A DNA stretch of 64,000 nt from Nitrosopumilus sp. (lineage in GTDB: Archaea; Thermoproteota; Nitrososphaeria; Nitrososphaerales; Nitrosopumilaceae), in contig OZ244650.1 in the NCBI GenBank assembly GCA_965218785.1, positions 1,088,001 to 1,152,000 of the forward strand. The letters are read 5' to 3'. Every line of letters begins with the position of its first letter. Position 1 is the stretch's first letter. Positions 30,025-40,514 of the stretch are shown here, in pieces. The notes beneath the pieces were generated by a model. The model saw nothing but the letters and a program-made list of their open reading frames with translations. It made no database searches and was not told the DNA's origin. Both the position numbers and the translations under genes were made by a program.

Positions 30025-31317
30025 TTATCCAAGAGGTCTGGTAATTCTTTTTCTAGGGGCAGATGCTCTCCCAGCTGTCGGTCCGGCAACAGGTCTGGTA
30101 ATTCTTTTTCTAGGGGCAGATGCTCTCCCAGCTGTCGGTCCGGCAACAGGTCTGGTAATTCTTTTTCTAGGGGCAGATGCTCTCCCAGCTGTCGGTCCGG
30201 CAACAGGTCTGGTAATTCTTCTATAGACAGATGCTCTCCCAGCTGTCGGTCCGGCAACAGGTCTGGTAATTCTTCTATAGACAGATGATCTCCCAGCTGT
30301 CGGTCCGGCAACAGGTCTGGTAATTCTTCTATAGGCAGGTGTTCTCCCAGCTGTCGGTCCAGTCAAGTGTCTTGACAGTTTCTTTGCCACGACCTTTACC
30401 AGCGGCACGACCACGGAGTTTCCAAACTGCCTGTATGCCTGGTTGTCAGATACAGGAATCTTAAAGCCTTCCGGGAACCCCATGAGTCGGGCACATTCCC
30501 TCGGGGTAAGTTTTCTGGGATTTTTGTTCTTCTGTCCTATGAGTATCTCCCCGCCGTCCTTGTAGTATCTGGCAGTCATGGTCTTGGCAGGCTCGTTGAG
30601 GTCGGCGATGTTGTATCCGAATCCGTTGCCTGCCTTCCTGTGATGCTCTGCATGGCGCCTCATTGCACGCCACGTACCGTCCGGAAGGGTGTATTTTTTA
30701 TCAACCCTCTTCTCCAGTATGCTTTTCAGTGCGATACCATTTTCAGAAATGCTGGGAAATTCAAAGTATTCCTCCTCCTGCACAGTGTCAGATCTCATGC
30801 CCACCAGAAACACCCTTTCCCTTGCCTGTGGAACCAGACCCTTTGCATTCATTACCCTGTAGTTTACCACATATCCAAGGTTTGAAAGACTGTCCGTGAT
30901 TATTCTAAACGTGTTGCCGCCATCGTGGCTCTTCAGGTTCTTTACATTCTCAAGCAGAAACGCGGATGGTTGTTTGACCTTTAAAATTCGGCAGATATCA
31001 AAAAACAGCGTGCCCTGTGTCTTGTCCTCGAATCCGTGCGGCCTGCCAAGAAACTTCTTGCAGCTGACGCCGGCTATGGAGAACGGCTGGCACGGAAAAC
31101 CCGCAACCAGTATGTCATGATCCGGAATACCTGCAGCATCCACCTTGGTAATGTCCCCGTCCGGCACATCCCCGAAATTCGCCTCGTATGTCTGCTGGGA
31201 GAACTTGTTCCATTCGGAGGAATACACGCATCTTCCGCCGGCGGATTCAAATCCAATCCTCATTCCGCCGATTCCCGCAAATAGATCTATGAATCTGAAC
31301 TTCTCAATACCCCCCAA
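30025..31317 (-). CDS. dcm: DNA (cytosine-5)-methyltransferase, Dcm/M.EcoRII-like, with repeat-encoded C-terminal tail
   Basis: DLFAGIGG, GFPCQPFS, ENVKNL, QARERVF, GNGFGY, ARYYKDG and YRQFGNSV. Confidence 0.93.
   Translation of the reverse strand: MGGIEKFRFIDLFAGIGGMRIGFESAGGRCVYSSEWNKFSQQTYEANFGDVPDGDITKVDAAGIPDHDILVAGFPCQPFSIAGVSCKKFLGRPHGFEDKTQGTLFFDICRILKVKQPSAFLLENVKNLKSHDGGNTFRIITDSLSNLGYVVNYRVMNAKGLVPQARERVFLVGMRSDTVQEEEYFEFPSISENGIALKSILEKRVDKKYTLPDGTWRAMRRHAEHHRKAGNGFGYNIADLNEPAKTMTARYYKDGGEILIGQKNKNPRKLTPRECARLMGFPEGFKIPVSDNQAYRQFGNSVVVPLVKVVAKKLSRHLTGPTAGRTPAYRRITRPVAGPTAGRSSVYRRITRPVAGPTAGRASVYRRITRPVAGPTAGRASAPRKRITRPVAGPTAGRASAPRKRITRPVAGPTAGRASAPRKRITRPLG
30034..30360. repeat. 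Tandem repeat: three 57-bp units and three 54-bp units (last one partial)
   Basis: Unit AGGTCTGGTAATTCTTTTTCTAGGGGCAGATGCTCTCCCAGCTGTCGGTCCGGCAAC at 30034, 30091 and 30148; 54-bp variants at 30205, 30259 and 30313. Confidence 0.95.
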
Positions 31318-31338
31318 TATGGTACTTTTGTATAATGA

Positions 31339-32277
31339 TCATTTAAAAATTGTTCCCAGATCGCCGAATGCCTCGTATGGCGCGGATATGGTTCCACCAC
31401 CGCCTCCTCCCTGCCGCTCTGCAAGCCAGGATGCGTGACTGCAAAAGTCATCCAGACTGATCGCCTTCCATCCTACAAAATCCCTGTCTGTAATGTCGGC
31501 AACCTCGCGAATCACGTATGCACAGTCCAGACCCGTGGCGTGTCTTAGATACATGTACCAGCTGAATCTTCTGGAATCCCACCCAAACGACATTGGATCC
31601 GTCATGGGTGTCTTTTCCTTCGTCTCTACGACCGCGTAGGAGCCGTCGATCTTCAATATATGATCAAAGTCGATCATCCCCTTTTTACGCCCTATCAGCG
31701 TCACGTCCAGAAAGAACCGGTTGCAGTAAATCTTGGCAATCTCCCCCATTTCATACTCATTAAGATATCTGAAAAACTCCGAGTCCTTTCTCTGGCATGC
31801 CCGTATCTTGCTAAAGTCAAACAGATCCTTTATCAGATCCAGACTGATCCCCCTCCATGCCCCTCCGTCATATTCAAACGGCAGAAAGGACGGCTTTGAG
31901 ACGGTCGTCATGACCCTTTTGATCCCGTCTTTTATTGGAATCTGCGTCTCAGTCCACCGGTCCATGTCCTCGGTCTGGATGAAGAACATTCTTTCAACTT
32001 CTGGCATCCTGCCGATAATATCATAAAACCCGCCGTATTTTTCAGGTCCGTCTGTAGATACTGTGACGTATGCTATTTTGTTCTTTTGTCCCGTGACGCC
32101 CTTTTTTGAAAAGAGGAACTGGCCGGCATCAAGTGATTCACGGTCCTTCACCGCCCTTTCAAATTCCAGCTCGTTTCTAAAGCCCAGCGCCCGGGCCTTG
32201 TAAAATCTTGGAAGCGCTATCTGGGACGTCAGTACGCTGTGCAGGTCAGTTATCAGCCGTGTTGCATCCAATAACAT
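31339..32277 (-). CDS. Putative type II restriction endonuclease (PD-(D/E)XK)
   Basis: IDFD...VETKEK catalytic-like motif; lies between vsr and dcm. Confidence 0.65.
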   Translation of the reverse strand: MLLDATRLITDLHSVLTSQIALPRFYKARALGFRNELEFERAVKDRESLDAGQFLFSKKGVTGQKNKIAYVTVSTDGPEKYGGFYDIIGRMPEVERMFFIQTEDMDRWTETQIPIKDGIKRVMTTVSKPSFLPFEYDGGAWRGISLDLIKDLFDFSKIRACQRKDSEFFRYLNEYEMGEIAKIYCNRFFLDVTLIGRKKGMIDFDHILKIDGSYAVVETKEKTPMTDPMSFGWDSRRFSWYMYLRHATGLDCAYVIREVADITDRDFVGWKAISLDDFCSHASWLAERQGGGGGGTISAPYEAFGDLGTIFK

Positions 32278-32351
32278 ACGTGATTGAATCCAACTTAATC
32301 ATCATGTGTGAGAAAAAACTAACTGTTTTGTCGACATGCGTGCCGCACCGC

Positions 32352-32747
32352 CTACCGCATGAAACGGATTATTCTTGCAAGGCACACATCCGGCCTCTTT
32401 TCAATGTCATGCTCCCACAGACGTATGACGGAGTATCCCTCACGTCTGAGCCGTCTTGATACGCCCCGGTCACGCCTGATGTTTCCCTCTATCTTGTCCC
32501 TCCAGAACCTCTTTGCCGGCTTTTTTTTCTTGTCATAGTTGTACCCGTGCCAAAAGTCCCCGTCGCAGAAGACGAGTGTTTCCGCACCCACCAGAAAGTC
32601 CGGATGTCCGTAGATGTCCGGATGCTGCCGGAACGGTATCCCGTTTGCCCTCAGCATCCCCCGCATTCTTTTCTCGATGCCCGTGTTTTTTCCGCGTATT
32701 CTTGACATCACCCAGCTTCTTTTTTCAGGGGTAAATACGTCGGTCAT
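32352..32747 (-). CDS. vsr: Very-short-patch repair endonuclease
   Basis: MTDVFTPEKRSWVMSRIRGKNT, GHPD, FCDGDFWHG, FWRDKIEGNIRRD and WEH. Confidence 0.95.
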   Translation of the reverse strand: MTDVFTPEKRSWVMSRIRGKNTGIEKRMRGMLRANGIPFRQHPDIYGHPDFLVGAETLVFCDGDFWHGYNYDKKKKPAKRFWRDKIEGNIRRDRGVSRRLRREGYSVIRLWEHDIEKRPDVCLARIIRFMR

Positions 32748-32845
32748 ATTCGTGTTCTTTGAGTTTTGATTTCCAGATATTTAGATTTTCCGACCAGGTT
32801 CACTGGAATTTCATATTTAAAAAAAAATCCATCTGGTACGGGTTT

Positions 32846-33295
32846 TCAGAATGTCTTCATCAGAAACCGCGATGTCTTTTCATACATTTCGGATACTCTA
32901 TCAATTGCATCAAAGACTGTCTGCTGGTTGATGTTTTCTTTGTCATCTAGTACAACATAGACACCCACTTTCTGCTTTCCGTCTTCCGTGATGATCTTGC
33001 TTATTGCCTGAATTGAGATACAGTATTCCTTTACTTTACTCTCAAAGCTTTTCTTTTCATCATCGTTGAATCCAAGATACCTTGCAATCTGGTTGTTTTT
33101 CATAATCGCCTTGGCACCCAGCACCAGGATTCCAGGCTGTGCCTTTGGCTCGAATATCTCCACTGGAATTCCGTACTGGCCCGCATGTCTTACCAGAATT
33201 TGAAAGGAGTTTTCCGGATTTTTCACGTCTTCAAATGACAGACCCTCGTGAGTCATCCACCGTTCGACGTTGTCTCGCATTCCTGATGTACCCAT
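32846..33295 (-). CDS. DUF2299-like conserved archaeal protein
   Basis: Resembles conserved thaumarchaeal proteins (VERWMTHEG...INQQTVFDAI); recognised from memory only. Confidence 0.6.
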   Translation of the reverse strand: MGTSGMRDNVERWMTHEGLSFEDVKNPENSFQILVRHAGQYGIPVEIFEPKAQPGILVLGAKAIMKNNQIARYLGFNDDEKKSFESKVKEYCISIQAISKIITEDGKQKVGVYVVLDDKENINQQTVFDAIDRVSEMYEKTSRFLMKTF

Positions 33296-33506
33296 GTAAT
33301 ACTTTGCAAAATGGCTCTATATGATTCTAAATTAAACCTCGGTATGAAGAATTGAATTTATCAGATTATCTAACATAACTTGTTAATAATCATGAAGAAT
33401 TTCATCATTTATTGTAGGAATTTAATATTGTGTAAACAGTGAACCATGGTTCGGATGAGGTATGCCATATGAGATTTGAAATGAGGATCGTGTTCCGCCT
33501 TTCGTC

Positions 33507-33785
33507 CTAGACTGTCTTGTTTTGGACTGGAGTGTTGTCTGATTTGTGATTTAACGTCTTTTTCTGTCTAGGGGGGATCGAGTTCTGTGATGGAGGGCTG
33601 TGTGCGTTCTCATAGTATTTCATACGAATTTGTATCTCCTTGTTTACAAGTTGTAATTCTGTGATTGTGAGTTTTTGTTCCTCAATTATTTGCAGTAAAT
33701 CTTTTTGTATGGACACTTTTCTTGTTCTCCGCGATTAGTTGGGCAATCTCGTCTCGTAAAATATTGATTTCTGGGTGTGGTAATG
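33507..33785 (-). pseudogene. IS66-family transposase N-terminal fragment
   Basis: Coiled coil then YYENAHSPPSQNS; frameshifted near 33716 and truncated. Confidence 0.65.
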
Positions 33786-34003
33786 GTCAGAATTCGTGCT
33801 CGATTATATTTAGATCAGTTCGATCTAAAATATTTGATGTTATGACTAGAGGTAACCCCTTATGAACCACCAATCGGATAGCTTATATAGGATATGTAGG
33901 ATATCTAGTTCAATAAAGTCCAAATCGGTAAAATCATATCATCGGTATAATCGTCACGTCGATAAAGAATTACACCCTAGGAATATCGTATAGATTCACT
34001 TAT

Positions 34004-34549
34004 ATGGTGTTAATGTGTAAATCTGGCATGGTGTTAATGTGTAAATCGGGCATGCCCCCCAACAAACAAGCAATTGATTTTGAGACGAAATCGGTAGCAG
34101 CCACAACAAACCCTATGCACATACTGGCTGCAGATGCTGACAACCACAGGGTACAGGTATTTGGTACCGATGGCAATTATGCCATCCAGTCGGGTAGTTT
34201 AGGTACTGGCAACGGTCAGTTTCAGGCTCCCAATGAAATCACAAGCGATAACACGGTACAATTGTTTGAGAATGATGATCATAATTTAGACACCATGATC
34301 TTCATCAACAAATCAATCATGAAAACATATAAAAAAATTAAGGAGGTAGATAAATTTGACGAGAACAAAAATAAAAGATACAATCGAACGATACTTACTA
34401 ACGACAATGACTATAATTATCGAAATAGTATTGAATTTAAGTTAGTATTGTTAGAAGACAAAGTGGCAGAGGCAAAAATTGCGGAGGAGACATGGAATCT
34501 CCATATGCAGCCCCTCTTTAATAAGAGGGGCACGTCTCTTCACCAATAA
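34004..34549 (+). pseudogene. Degenerate NHL-repeat protein fragment
   Basis: ILAADADNHRVQVF...GSLGTGNGQFQAP is a single NHL repeat; 24-bp tandem duplication at 34004-34051. Confidence 0.55.
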
Positions 34550-34669
34550 TAATTAACCATAATTCCCGAGTGTAGCCATCCATGTAAATCTCTGGCGGCA
34601 TTAGACACATCCTGATCCTTTCAGCCTTACATTCTATCAGATTCCTATCTTCTTAAGCTTTTGTACGTA

Positions 34670-34842
34670 TCCAGAAGTTCCGATTGTGTGCCTATTCTGA
34701 ATAAAATTATACCATAAATTCGAGTTTTCCCAACATTATGATCTAAAAGCAAGGAGTGTCTCAACCATATCTATGAATCATCAAAAACACAACGTAGTAT
34801 TCCCTTGAATACTACAGCGCTGCAGGATTTAATTCATTAGAC
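34670..34842 (+). mobile_element. IS left-end remnant, diverged inverted copy of 35270-35438
   Basis: CCAGAAGTTCCGATTGTGTG...CGAGTTTTCCCAACA...ATGAATCATCAAAAACAC aligns with the reverse complement of 35270-35438. Confidence 0.6.
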
Positions 34843-34974
34843 TCTTGCGTAATTGTAAATAATATCTCGTCTTTTTGTATATTTGATTTTTGATTTTATG
34901 GAATTACAACAACCTCTTGCTTCCATCGCATATTGAGATTTACAATTCCACATACAATGTCACAGATTACATCT

Positions 34975-35476
34975 TGTCAATTACAACGGTTGAATTTTTT
35001 GAAATCATGCCATTGTGCCTTGCTTCATGGACAGTGCCACGGATCATAGTGCTGACCGAGTATTACATCATATTCCACTCTATTAATCTTTGATAAGAAC
35101 CAGTCCACACCGGATTCATTTACACCGTCGCTGCACCTGTTGATACTGCCTGTTCTGCACAAATGCTGTTTTTACACATGTACAAGAAAAATGTGGTTAC
35201 ATCTTTTGCACCATACATGGCATTATGAGGGTCTGAGAACTTTATTGGCATCTTGGAAATCCACCCATACAATAAATTAAATCCTACTGCTCCATAGTCT
35301 TCACGGATTGCTCCGTTGTTTCTTTGATATTGCATGGATATGACTGGACCGCTCCTTGTTTTTAGATCAGTGTTGGGGAAACTCGAATTTATGGCATAGT
35401 TTTATTCAGAATAGGAAAACACAATCGGAATTTCTGGACAGGTTATCTTTTCAGGTCTCAACAAATTTACAGAACC
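34975..35476 (-). mobile_element. Degraded IS4/ISH3-like element (left end plus transposase 5' fragments)
   Basis: ORF 35120-35335 plus out-of-frame MIRGTVHEARHNGMISKNSTVVIDK. The end GGTTCTGTAAATTTG recurs at 36868-36904. Confidence 0.5.
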
Positions 35477-35595
35477 TTTCTAACAATGTTTTTTCGAGTC
35501 ATGTTGGCATGTGCGCTGGCCAAACCATGCAGGGATGATTTTTGATCTTGGGTAATAGGGATTGTGATTGTCTAGTCTGACAAGATAAGAATCTT

Positions 35596-36159
35596 TTATT
35601 CTTGTATATCCTCAGACCCTACTATTTCCAGGTTTTCAGGGGCAATCGCTGAGAGCATTTTAATGTCATAGTCGTTTGTTATAAGGACTGTCTTTCCTTT
35701 CTTTGCAGTTGCAACGGCTTCACCATAAATTGTTCTGTCATCTTCAGCGGCATCATAGAGCCACTCTAGGGCTTCCTTATACTTGTCATCCGGCAGTTCT
35801 TCGGTGTTTTTTATGCCTTTATCTTCCAATGCCTTGTTTTTTACATGAATCCATTCTGCTGCGGCTTTACCTGTCGGGTTATCCCTTATTGAAGCATGGT
35901 ACCGTTCTGCTTCCATGACAGCTTTTCGATTTGCAATGACTTCAATCATGGCGCTTTGATATTTGTCTAGTCTGTCCTTGTATTTTTTCTCGCTACTTGA
36001 ACTCAGTATCTTTTTAATTTCGTTTTGCACTGCGTCTGTTATGATAAGATGATCAATTCTCCTGTCTATGATCTCTTTTAGATGTGATATATTTTCCCTG
36101 TTGTATCCCACCAATACCAACAATGCACTGCTGTCCATTAGTATGGCTTTGCCAGTCAA
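35596..36159 (-). CDS. PIN-domain protein
   Basis: AILMDSSAL, ITDAVQNEI, EDDRTIY and LITNDYD. Confidence 0.75.
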   Translation of the reverse strand: MTGKAILMDSSALLVLVGYNRENISHLKEIIDRRIDHLIITDAVQNEIKKILSSSSEKKYKDRLDKYQSAMIEVIANRKAVMEAERYHASIRDNPTGKAAAEWIHVKNKALEDKGIKNTEELPDDKYKEALEWLYDAAEDDRTIYGEAVATAKKGKTVLITNDYDIKMLSAIAPENLEIVGSEDIQE

Positions 36160-36433
36160 GTCACAAACCGGTTCGCTTGAATCTTCTGGAATTTTAGGTC
36201 ACCATGGCTTTACGGTGTTTTTGTTGGATTTTAAACCTTGTTTTTTTGTCCTCCATCCCACACGTCTAGTGTGTGGATCCATCTAGAATTATAACTCCTA
36301 GATATTACATTTTTTGAGCAAGTTGGGGGATAAAACACCCTGTCTGTTCCACTTGAAATTACAGATGATGTTCGGAGCAGATCATGAAGTATCTCGGATG
36401 TTTTTCAATTATTTGTCAAATAGGCGATTGGAT

Positions 36434-36649
36434 TCACCGGTCAAGATGATCTTTGATTCTTGCTTCTACAAAACTCCAAAAGGAATCATTTTCTGCATCC
36501 CATGACGTACTGTCAACATTTTGCATTATCTCCATGACATCCTTCTTGGATAGTGCGTTATCCGTATCCATCGCCTTGATGTCCTCCCAGGACAACCTCA
36601 CAAGTGATACTGGTTCTGGCATATCCTGCCAATCTGGTATTTCAGTCAT
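36434..36649 (-). CDS. Small acidic hypothetical protein
   Basis: 71-aa ORF with GAGGAGG upstream. Confidence 0.55.
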   Translation of the reverse strand: MTEIPDWQDMPEPVSLVRLSWEDIKAMDTDNALSKKDVMEIMQNVDSTSWDAENDSFWSFVEARIKDHLDR

Positions 36650-37091
36650 TATTTTTCCTCCTCAAAGATTTCACCGGTTATTTGCATGGTATGATCTTTT
36701 CCTGCCCATAAATAAATTTTATTTTTAATTGGAAGTTGTTTGCCTAATTAAATTTAGTTAAATTAAATTATGAAAACACGTTTGAAGACTTTAAAAAATA
36801 TTTCCAATTTCTCCAGTTCCAGTAAGATCAGTTTCAGAAGAGGAGTTCAATAACGTCTATTGTAACTAGGTTATCTTTTCAGGCCTCGACAAATTTACAG
36901 AACCGAGTTTATGCACATTTAATCCAACTTCGAAGAAATTAACATCCAAATATGTTGAAATTTGTCATAGTAAATTTGTCAATATTTGATCATAAGAACA
37001 CTTTAGTTTAACCAATCAATAGTTGTTTAATAAAAATTTGTTAAGATTGAGATGTATTTTTAGTAATCTCGTCCATATCTTGTCATTAAAA

Positions 37092-38645
37092 TTACAAATT
37101 TCTACACTTTATACACCAAGATGAATTCCTAATAATTTCATCGATGTTTTGAAGACCAAATAATTCCTTTATTTTCATCTCAGATATTGCGATTTCTCCA
37201 CAATGTGAGCATTTAGTTGCCGATTCTAATCGATTCTTAATTTCGGCAAATATTTCATCAAAAATAGAATCCCCAGCACCTGTATTTTCCATCATTGTAC
37301 GAGGATTCAATGGATATAATGCAAGTTTAAGATTATTGTGGTATTTTGTTGAATCTGTACTAGATCTAGGAAAAACATATTCGGCTTTATAGTTATTGGA
37401 CCAAATAATACCTCCAAACCCCGTACTCAAATTTGTCATATATGCCAAAATTTTATTTTTTGGAGATTCCTTATTTTCAGCATTTTTGTAATTTTTTGCA
37501 TCTAAAACCCCCAATATCTTCTGATTAGATAAGATAGTAAAATCAGGTGTGTGTGAATGAGCCCATGCAAATTCAGTTTTTTCTGAAAAGGGTTTTTCAT
37601 AAAATAATTCTACTTTTTGATAATTTAGAGTAAATTGGATAGATTGACATTCTGAATCGAGTGCAAGTGTTACATCCACATATTTTTGAAAACAATGCAA
37701 AAGCTCAAAAAATATCCATATTTCATACATTTCATCTATATTCTTGACTGCGTCTAGTAAAAATTTTATAGTTCTATCTTTCTTTTTAATATTTGTAAAA
37801 TTAAATGTCTTCATTTTGCTAAACCAGATTAATAATTTTCCATATGCTGTATTTTCAATGAATCCTTCTTTTAATCTCCTTGTAACTTCTAACTCTAAAA
37901 TTTGAATTTTTTTGTTCCGAACATTCATGTCAAAATCATATCTAACAACTTCAACCACGTTATAAAATGGAAAGTGTTTGAGAATAGATTTACAACGAGT
38001 GGAAATACGTTTTAGGGTTTTGAGTTCTGAAATATCTAATGGATACTCAAAAGTGTTTGCCAATAGACGCTGAATTTGGTGGGACAGCCACATGGTAATC
38101 CAAATTAAAAGAATATTTTCGGGCACAGTGAATCTTTTTTCCCATTTATCTACCTCAAATGATAATGGGAAATCAGTAATTGATTTTGTTAAAGTAGCAT
38201 TCCAATTTATTTTCCCTTCAATTCGAACCGTGGACAAAACATTAGTTTGTTCAAAATTAATGCGAGTCAAAATTTTTTTATAAATCTCAAAATATTCATT
38301 ACTAAATTTAAAAAGTTGTTCCAATTCTGAAGATCTATCAGGCAATTCAGAAATACCTTTTTGGAATTTTGCTTTAAAATATTCATCAGTATTATGTCTA
38401 TAGCGTCTTAACAAGTAATTAATTCTACGAAACATATATTCCATTTCTTCAAAATTTATACAAAATCTGACAAACTGATGCCATTGTTCGCCCTTAATAT
38501 TATTTTCAGCAACTTTCCATTCCTTAAAAAATTTTTTTTTTGATTTAGCACGTTTATTAATTAATTCATATTGGATTTGGGAAATTTCTTTTTTCTCATT
38601 TTTTATTAGAGCGTGTATTTCTCGAATTAATTCTAAACGATTCAT
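37092..38645 (-). CDS. mcrC: McrC-like PD-(D/E)XK nuclease with C-terminal zinc finger
   Basis: EGKINW, TVPEN, MYEIW, TPDF...LDAKNY; ATAA overlap with McrB; C-terminal CSHCG...WCIKCR. Confidence 0.75.
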   Translation of the reverse strand: MNRLELIREIHALIKNEKKEISQIQYELINKRAKSKKKFFKEWKVAENNIKGEQWHQFVRFCINFEEMEYMFRRINYLLRRYRHNTDEYFKAKFQKGISELPDRSSELEQLFKFSNEYFEIYKKILTRINFEQTNVLSTVRIEGKINWNATLTKSITDFPLSFEVDKWEKRFTVPENILLIWITMWLSHQIQRLLANTFEYPLDISELKTLKRISTRCKSILKHFPFYNVVEVVRYDFDMNVRNKKIQILELEVTRRLKEGFIENTAYGKLLIWFSKMKTFNFTNIKKKDRTIKFLLDAVKNIDEMYEIWIFFELLHCFQKYVDVTLALDSECQSIQFTLNYQKVELFYEKPFSEKTEFAWAHSHTPDFTILSNQKILGVLDAKNYKNAENKESPKNKILAYMTNLSTGFGGIIWSNNYKAEYVFPRSSTDSTKYHNNLKLALYPLNPRTMMENTGAGDSIFDEIFAEIKNRLESATKCSHCGEIAISEMKIKELFGLQNIDEIIRNSSWCIKCRNL

Positions 38646-40420
38646 AAGAATTCAAAAGTTTTTTTGAGATCGTCTAAAGCAATTTGAAATAAAGGTAATT
38701 TTCTATTGATGTTATTCTTAGGTTTTTGTATATCCCATGATTTGGAAATTAATGTCCAATCCTCATCAGCAATATTCTTTCTTTGATATTTATCTTGCAA
38801 TTTTTCTACATTTGGAATTTTAATAAATTTTAAAAAATATCCAAAATCATTACTGTATTCTTGTCTAATTTCATCTTCGTTTTTATCATACATACTACGA
38901 AAAAATTTAAGTAAATCATCAAAACAATAATTTTTTAAAACTTCAAGATTTGTCACTGTAACTTTTTCTAATTGAGGAATGATATTGCCAGTTAATGCCA
39001 TATCTAAAACAGAATCCGAATAACCCTTAATCTGAGTTCCTATTAACATTGTTTGATAAATGGATTTGAGAATGGCAGTTCCCAGGTCTTTTGTCATTCT
39101 TACAAATGAAAGAATTTCATATGCACTTCTAACAGCTGAAATTAATTCTAAATTAGATTGGTTTTCAGCCAGTTTTTTTGCATTATTGTCTAATTGAATT
39201 AATGAAGATACGGTAAAAGGTAATTCTTTTATTGCATTTAATAATGCATAATAAATTTCTTGTTCAGCATATTCTCTAGAAGGGGATTTTAACTCAACAT
39301 ATGTAAATCGTCTTTTCAAGGCATCAGATAATTTGAATAAGTAATGTTTGTCGGACGTATTTAAAGTTCCAATAATTCTATAATCTTTGGGGATTTCTTG
39401 TTTTTTCAATTTTGCCTCTTTTTCATCTGGAATTAAAAGTGTTTTTGGTTCTTTTGATTCTAAAGATGTGAATAACGGACCAAATGCTTTGTCTATTTCT
39501 GCACGATTGAACTCATCAATTACCAACCATGTTCCAGAATATTTTGTGTCATCATTATTGCTATTAGTTTTATCATCCCAACTTTTTAGTACAGTTTCTG
39601 TAACACAACCATACTGTATTTCATATGATGGGCGATTATCCTTCATCCTAGGCACTATGCCTCCTATGACATCATGAACATTCCATTCAGACGTTGCAGT
39701 ATAAGTTTTTGTATCATATCCCTTTGTTTTTCGAGTCCAAAATGATTTGGGGATTAGTTCTGCAAGATGTGTTTTTCCAGTCCCAACTGGACCCGCAAGT
39801 AAAATATTACGACCACTTGTAAGATGAATCACGATTTCTTCGATAATTTCTTCGTCTAGCAGTAGATGATCTCGAATTTTACGAATGCCCTGTTCCAATT
39901 GTTCTTTGGTAGGAATTTCTAATGGTAAATCTTCAACGATTGTGGGATCAGGTGGCTCTGGCTTATCTCCAGTAGTGGATGTTTTATCAGATGTAGGAAA
40001 GATTAGTTGTCCTGAATCAAGAGCAGATTTTAGCATATCAAGATAATCATTCTCAGAAATAGGTCTAATTTTTTTACCTAGTGACCAGTCACTTCCACCA
40101 AATCGTTTAGGTAACCATTTAGCTTTAATTTTACCATCTATAACGGGATTAATTGGATTAAAATCACTTGTTTGTACATAAGGTGTCTTTTTGTTTTTAT
40201 TCTTTCCAAACGTAACATCTGCATCACCCCAAATAGAAACAAAATTTTGTTTAATATCAAACAAGATTGCTCTATGAATTTGATTTTCACAACTTTTCCA
40301 CTTTCGTTGTTGTCTAGAGAATAATAATAAAGAGTGATTTTCAAATTTGTTTAATTGAATTTCATCATTAGGACTCACATTAATTTTTATAAGAAAATAT
40401 CGTTCAGCCATAATTTTCAT
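38642..40420 (-). CDS. mcrB: McrB-like AAA+ GTPase with EVE/PUA-like N-terminal domain
   Basis: GPVGTGKT, IDEFNRA, GTLNTSD (NxxD) and ALKRRF; N-domain ends in IRPISENDY. Confidence 0.88.
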   Translation of the reverse strand: MKIMAERYFLIKINVSPNDEIQLNKFENHSLLLFSRQQRKWKSCENQIHRAILFDIKQNFVSIWGDADVTFGKNKNKKTPYVQTSDFNPINPVIDGKIKAKWLPKRFGGSDWSLGKKIRPISENDYLDMLKSALDSGQLIFPTSDKTSTTGDKPEPPDPTIVEDLPLEIPTKEQLEQGIRKIRDHLLLDEEIIEEIVIHLTSGRNILLAGPVGTGKTHLAELIPKSFWTRKTKGYDTKTYTATSEWNVHDVIGGIVPRMKDNRPSYEIQYGCVTETVLKSWDDKTNSNNDDTKYSGTWLVIDEFNRAEIDKAFGPLFTSLESKEPKTLLIPDEKEAKLKKQEIPKDYRIIGTLNTSDKHYLFKLSDALKRRFTYVELKSPSREYAEQEIYYALLNAIKELPFTVSSLIQLDNNAKKLAENQSNLELISAVRSAYEILSFVRMTKDLGTAILKSIYQTMLIGTQIKGYSDSVLDMALTGNIIPQLEKVTVTNLEVLKNYCFDDLLKFFRSMYDKNEDEIRQEYSNDFGYFLKFIKIPNVEKLQDKYQRKNIADEDWTLISKSWDIQKPKNNINRKLPLFQIALDDLKKTFEFL

Positions 40421-40514
40421 AATATTTTACAACGTATAAGGATTTACATGAATTATTTGATACAATCTTTTATCAGGACATATGTAGTTTTTATATCATG
40501 TATTTTTTCTCTAG

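Noticed and set aside
30068-30355. CAGCTG in every dcm repeat as the target of the M.PvuII-like beta MTase at 53.7 kb
   Set aside because: MTase specificity cannot be read from motifs, the loci are 23 kb apart, and a site in a repeated unit recurs trivially.
30034-30360. Possible CRISPR array
   Set aside because: The units are head-to-tail near-identical with no unique spacers, lie in-frame in dcm, and no cas genes are visible.
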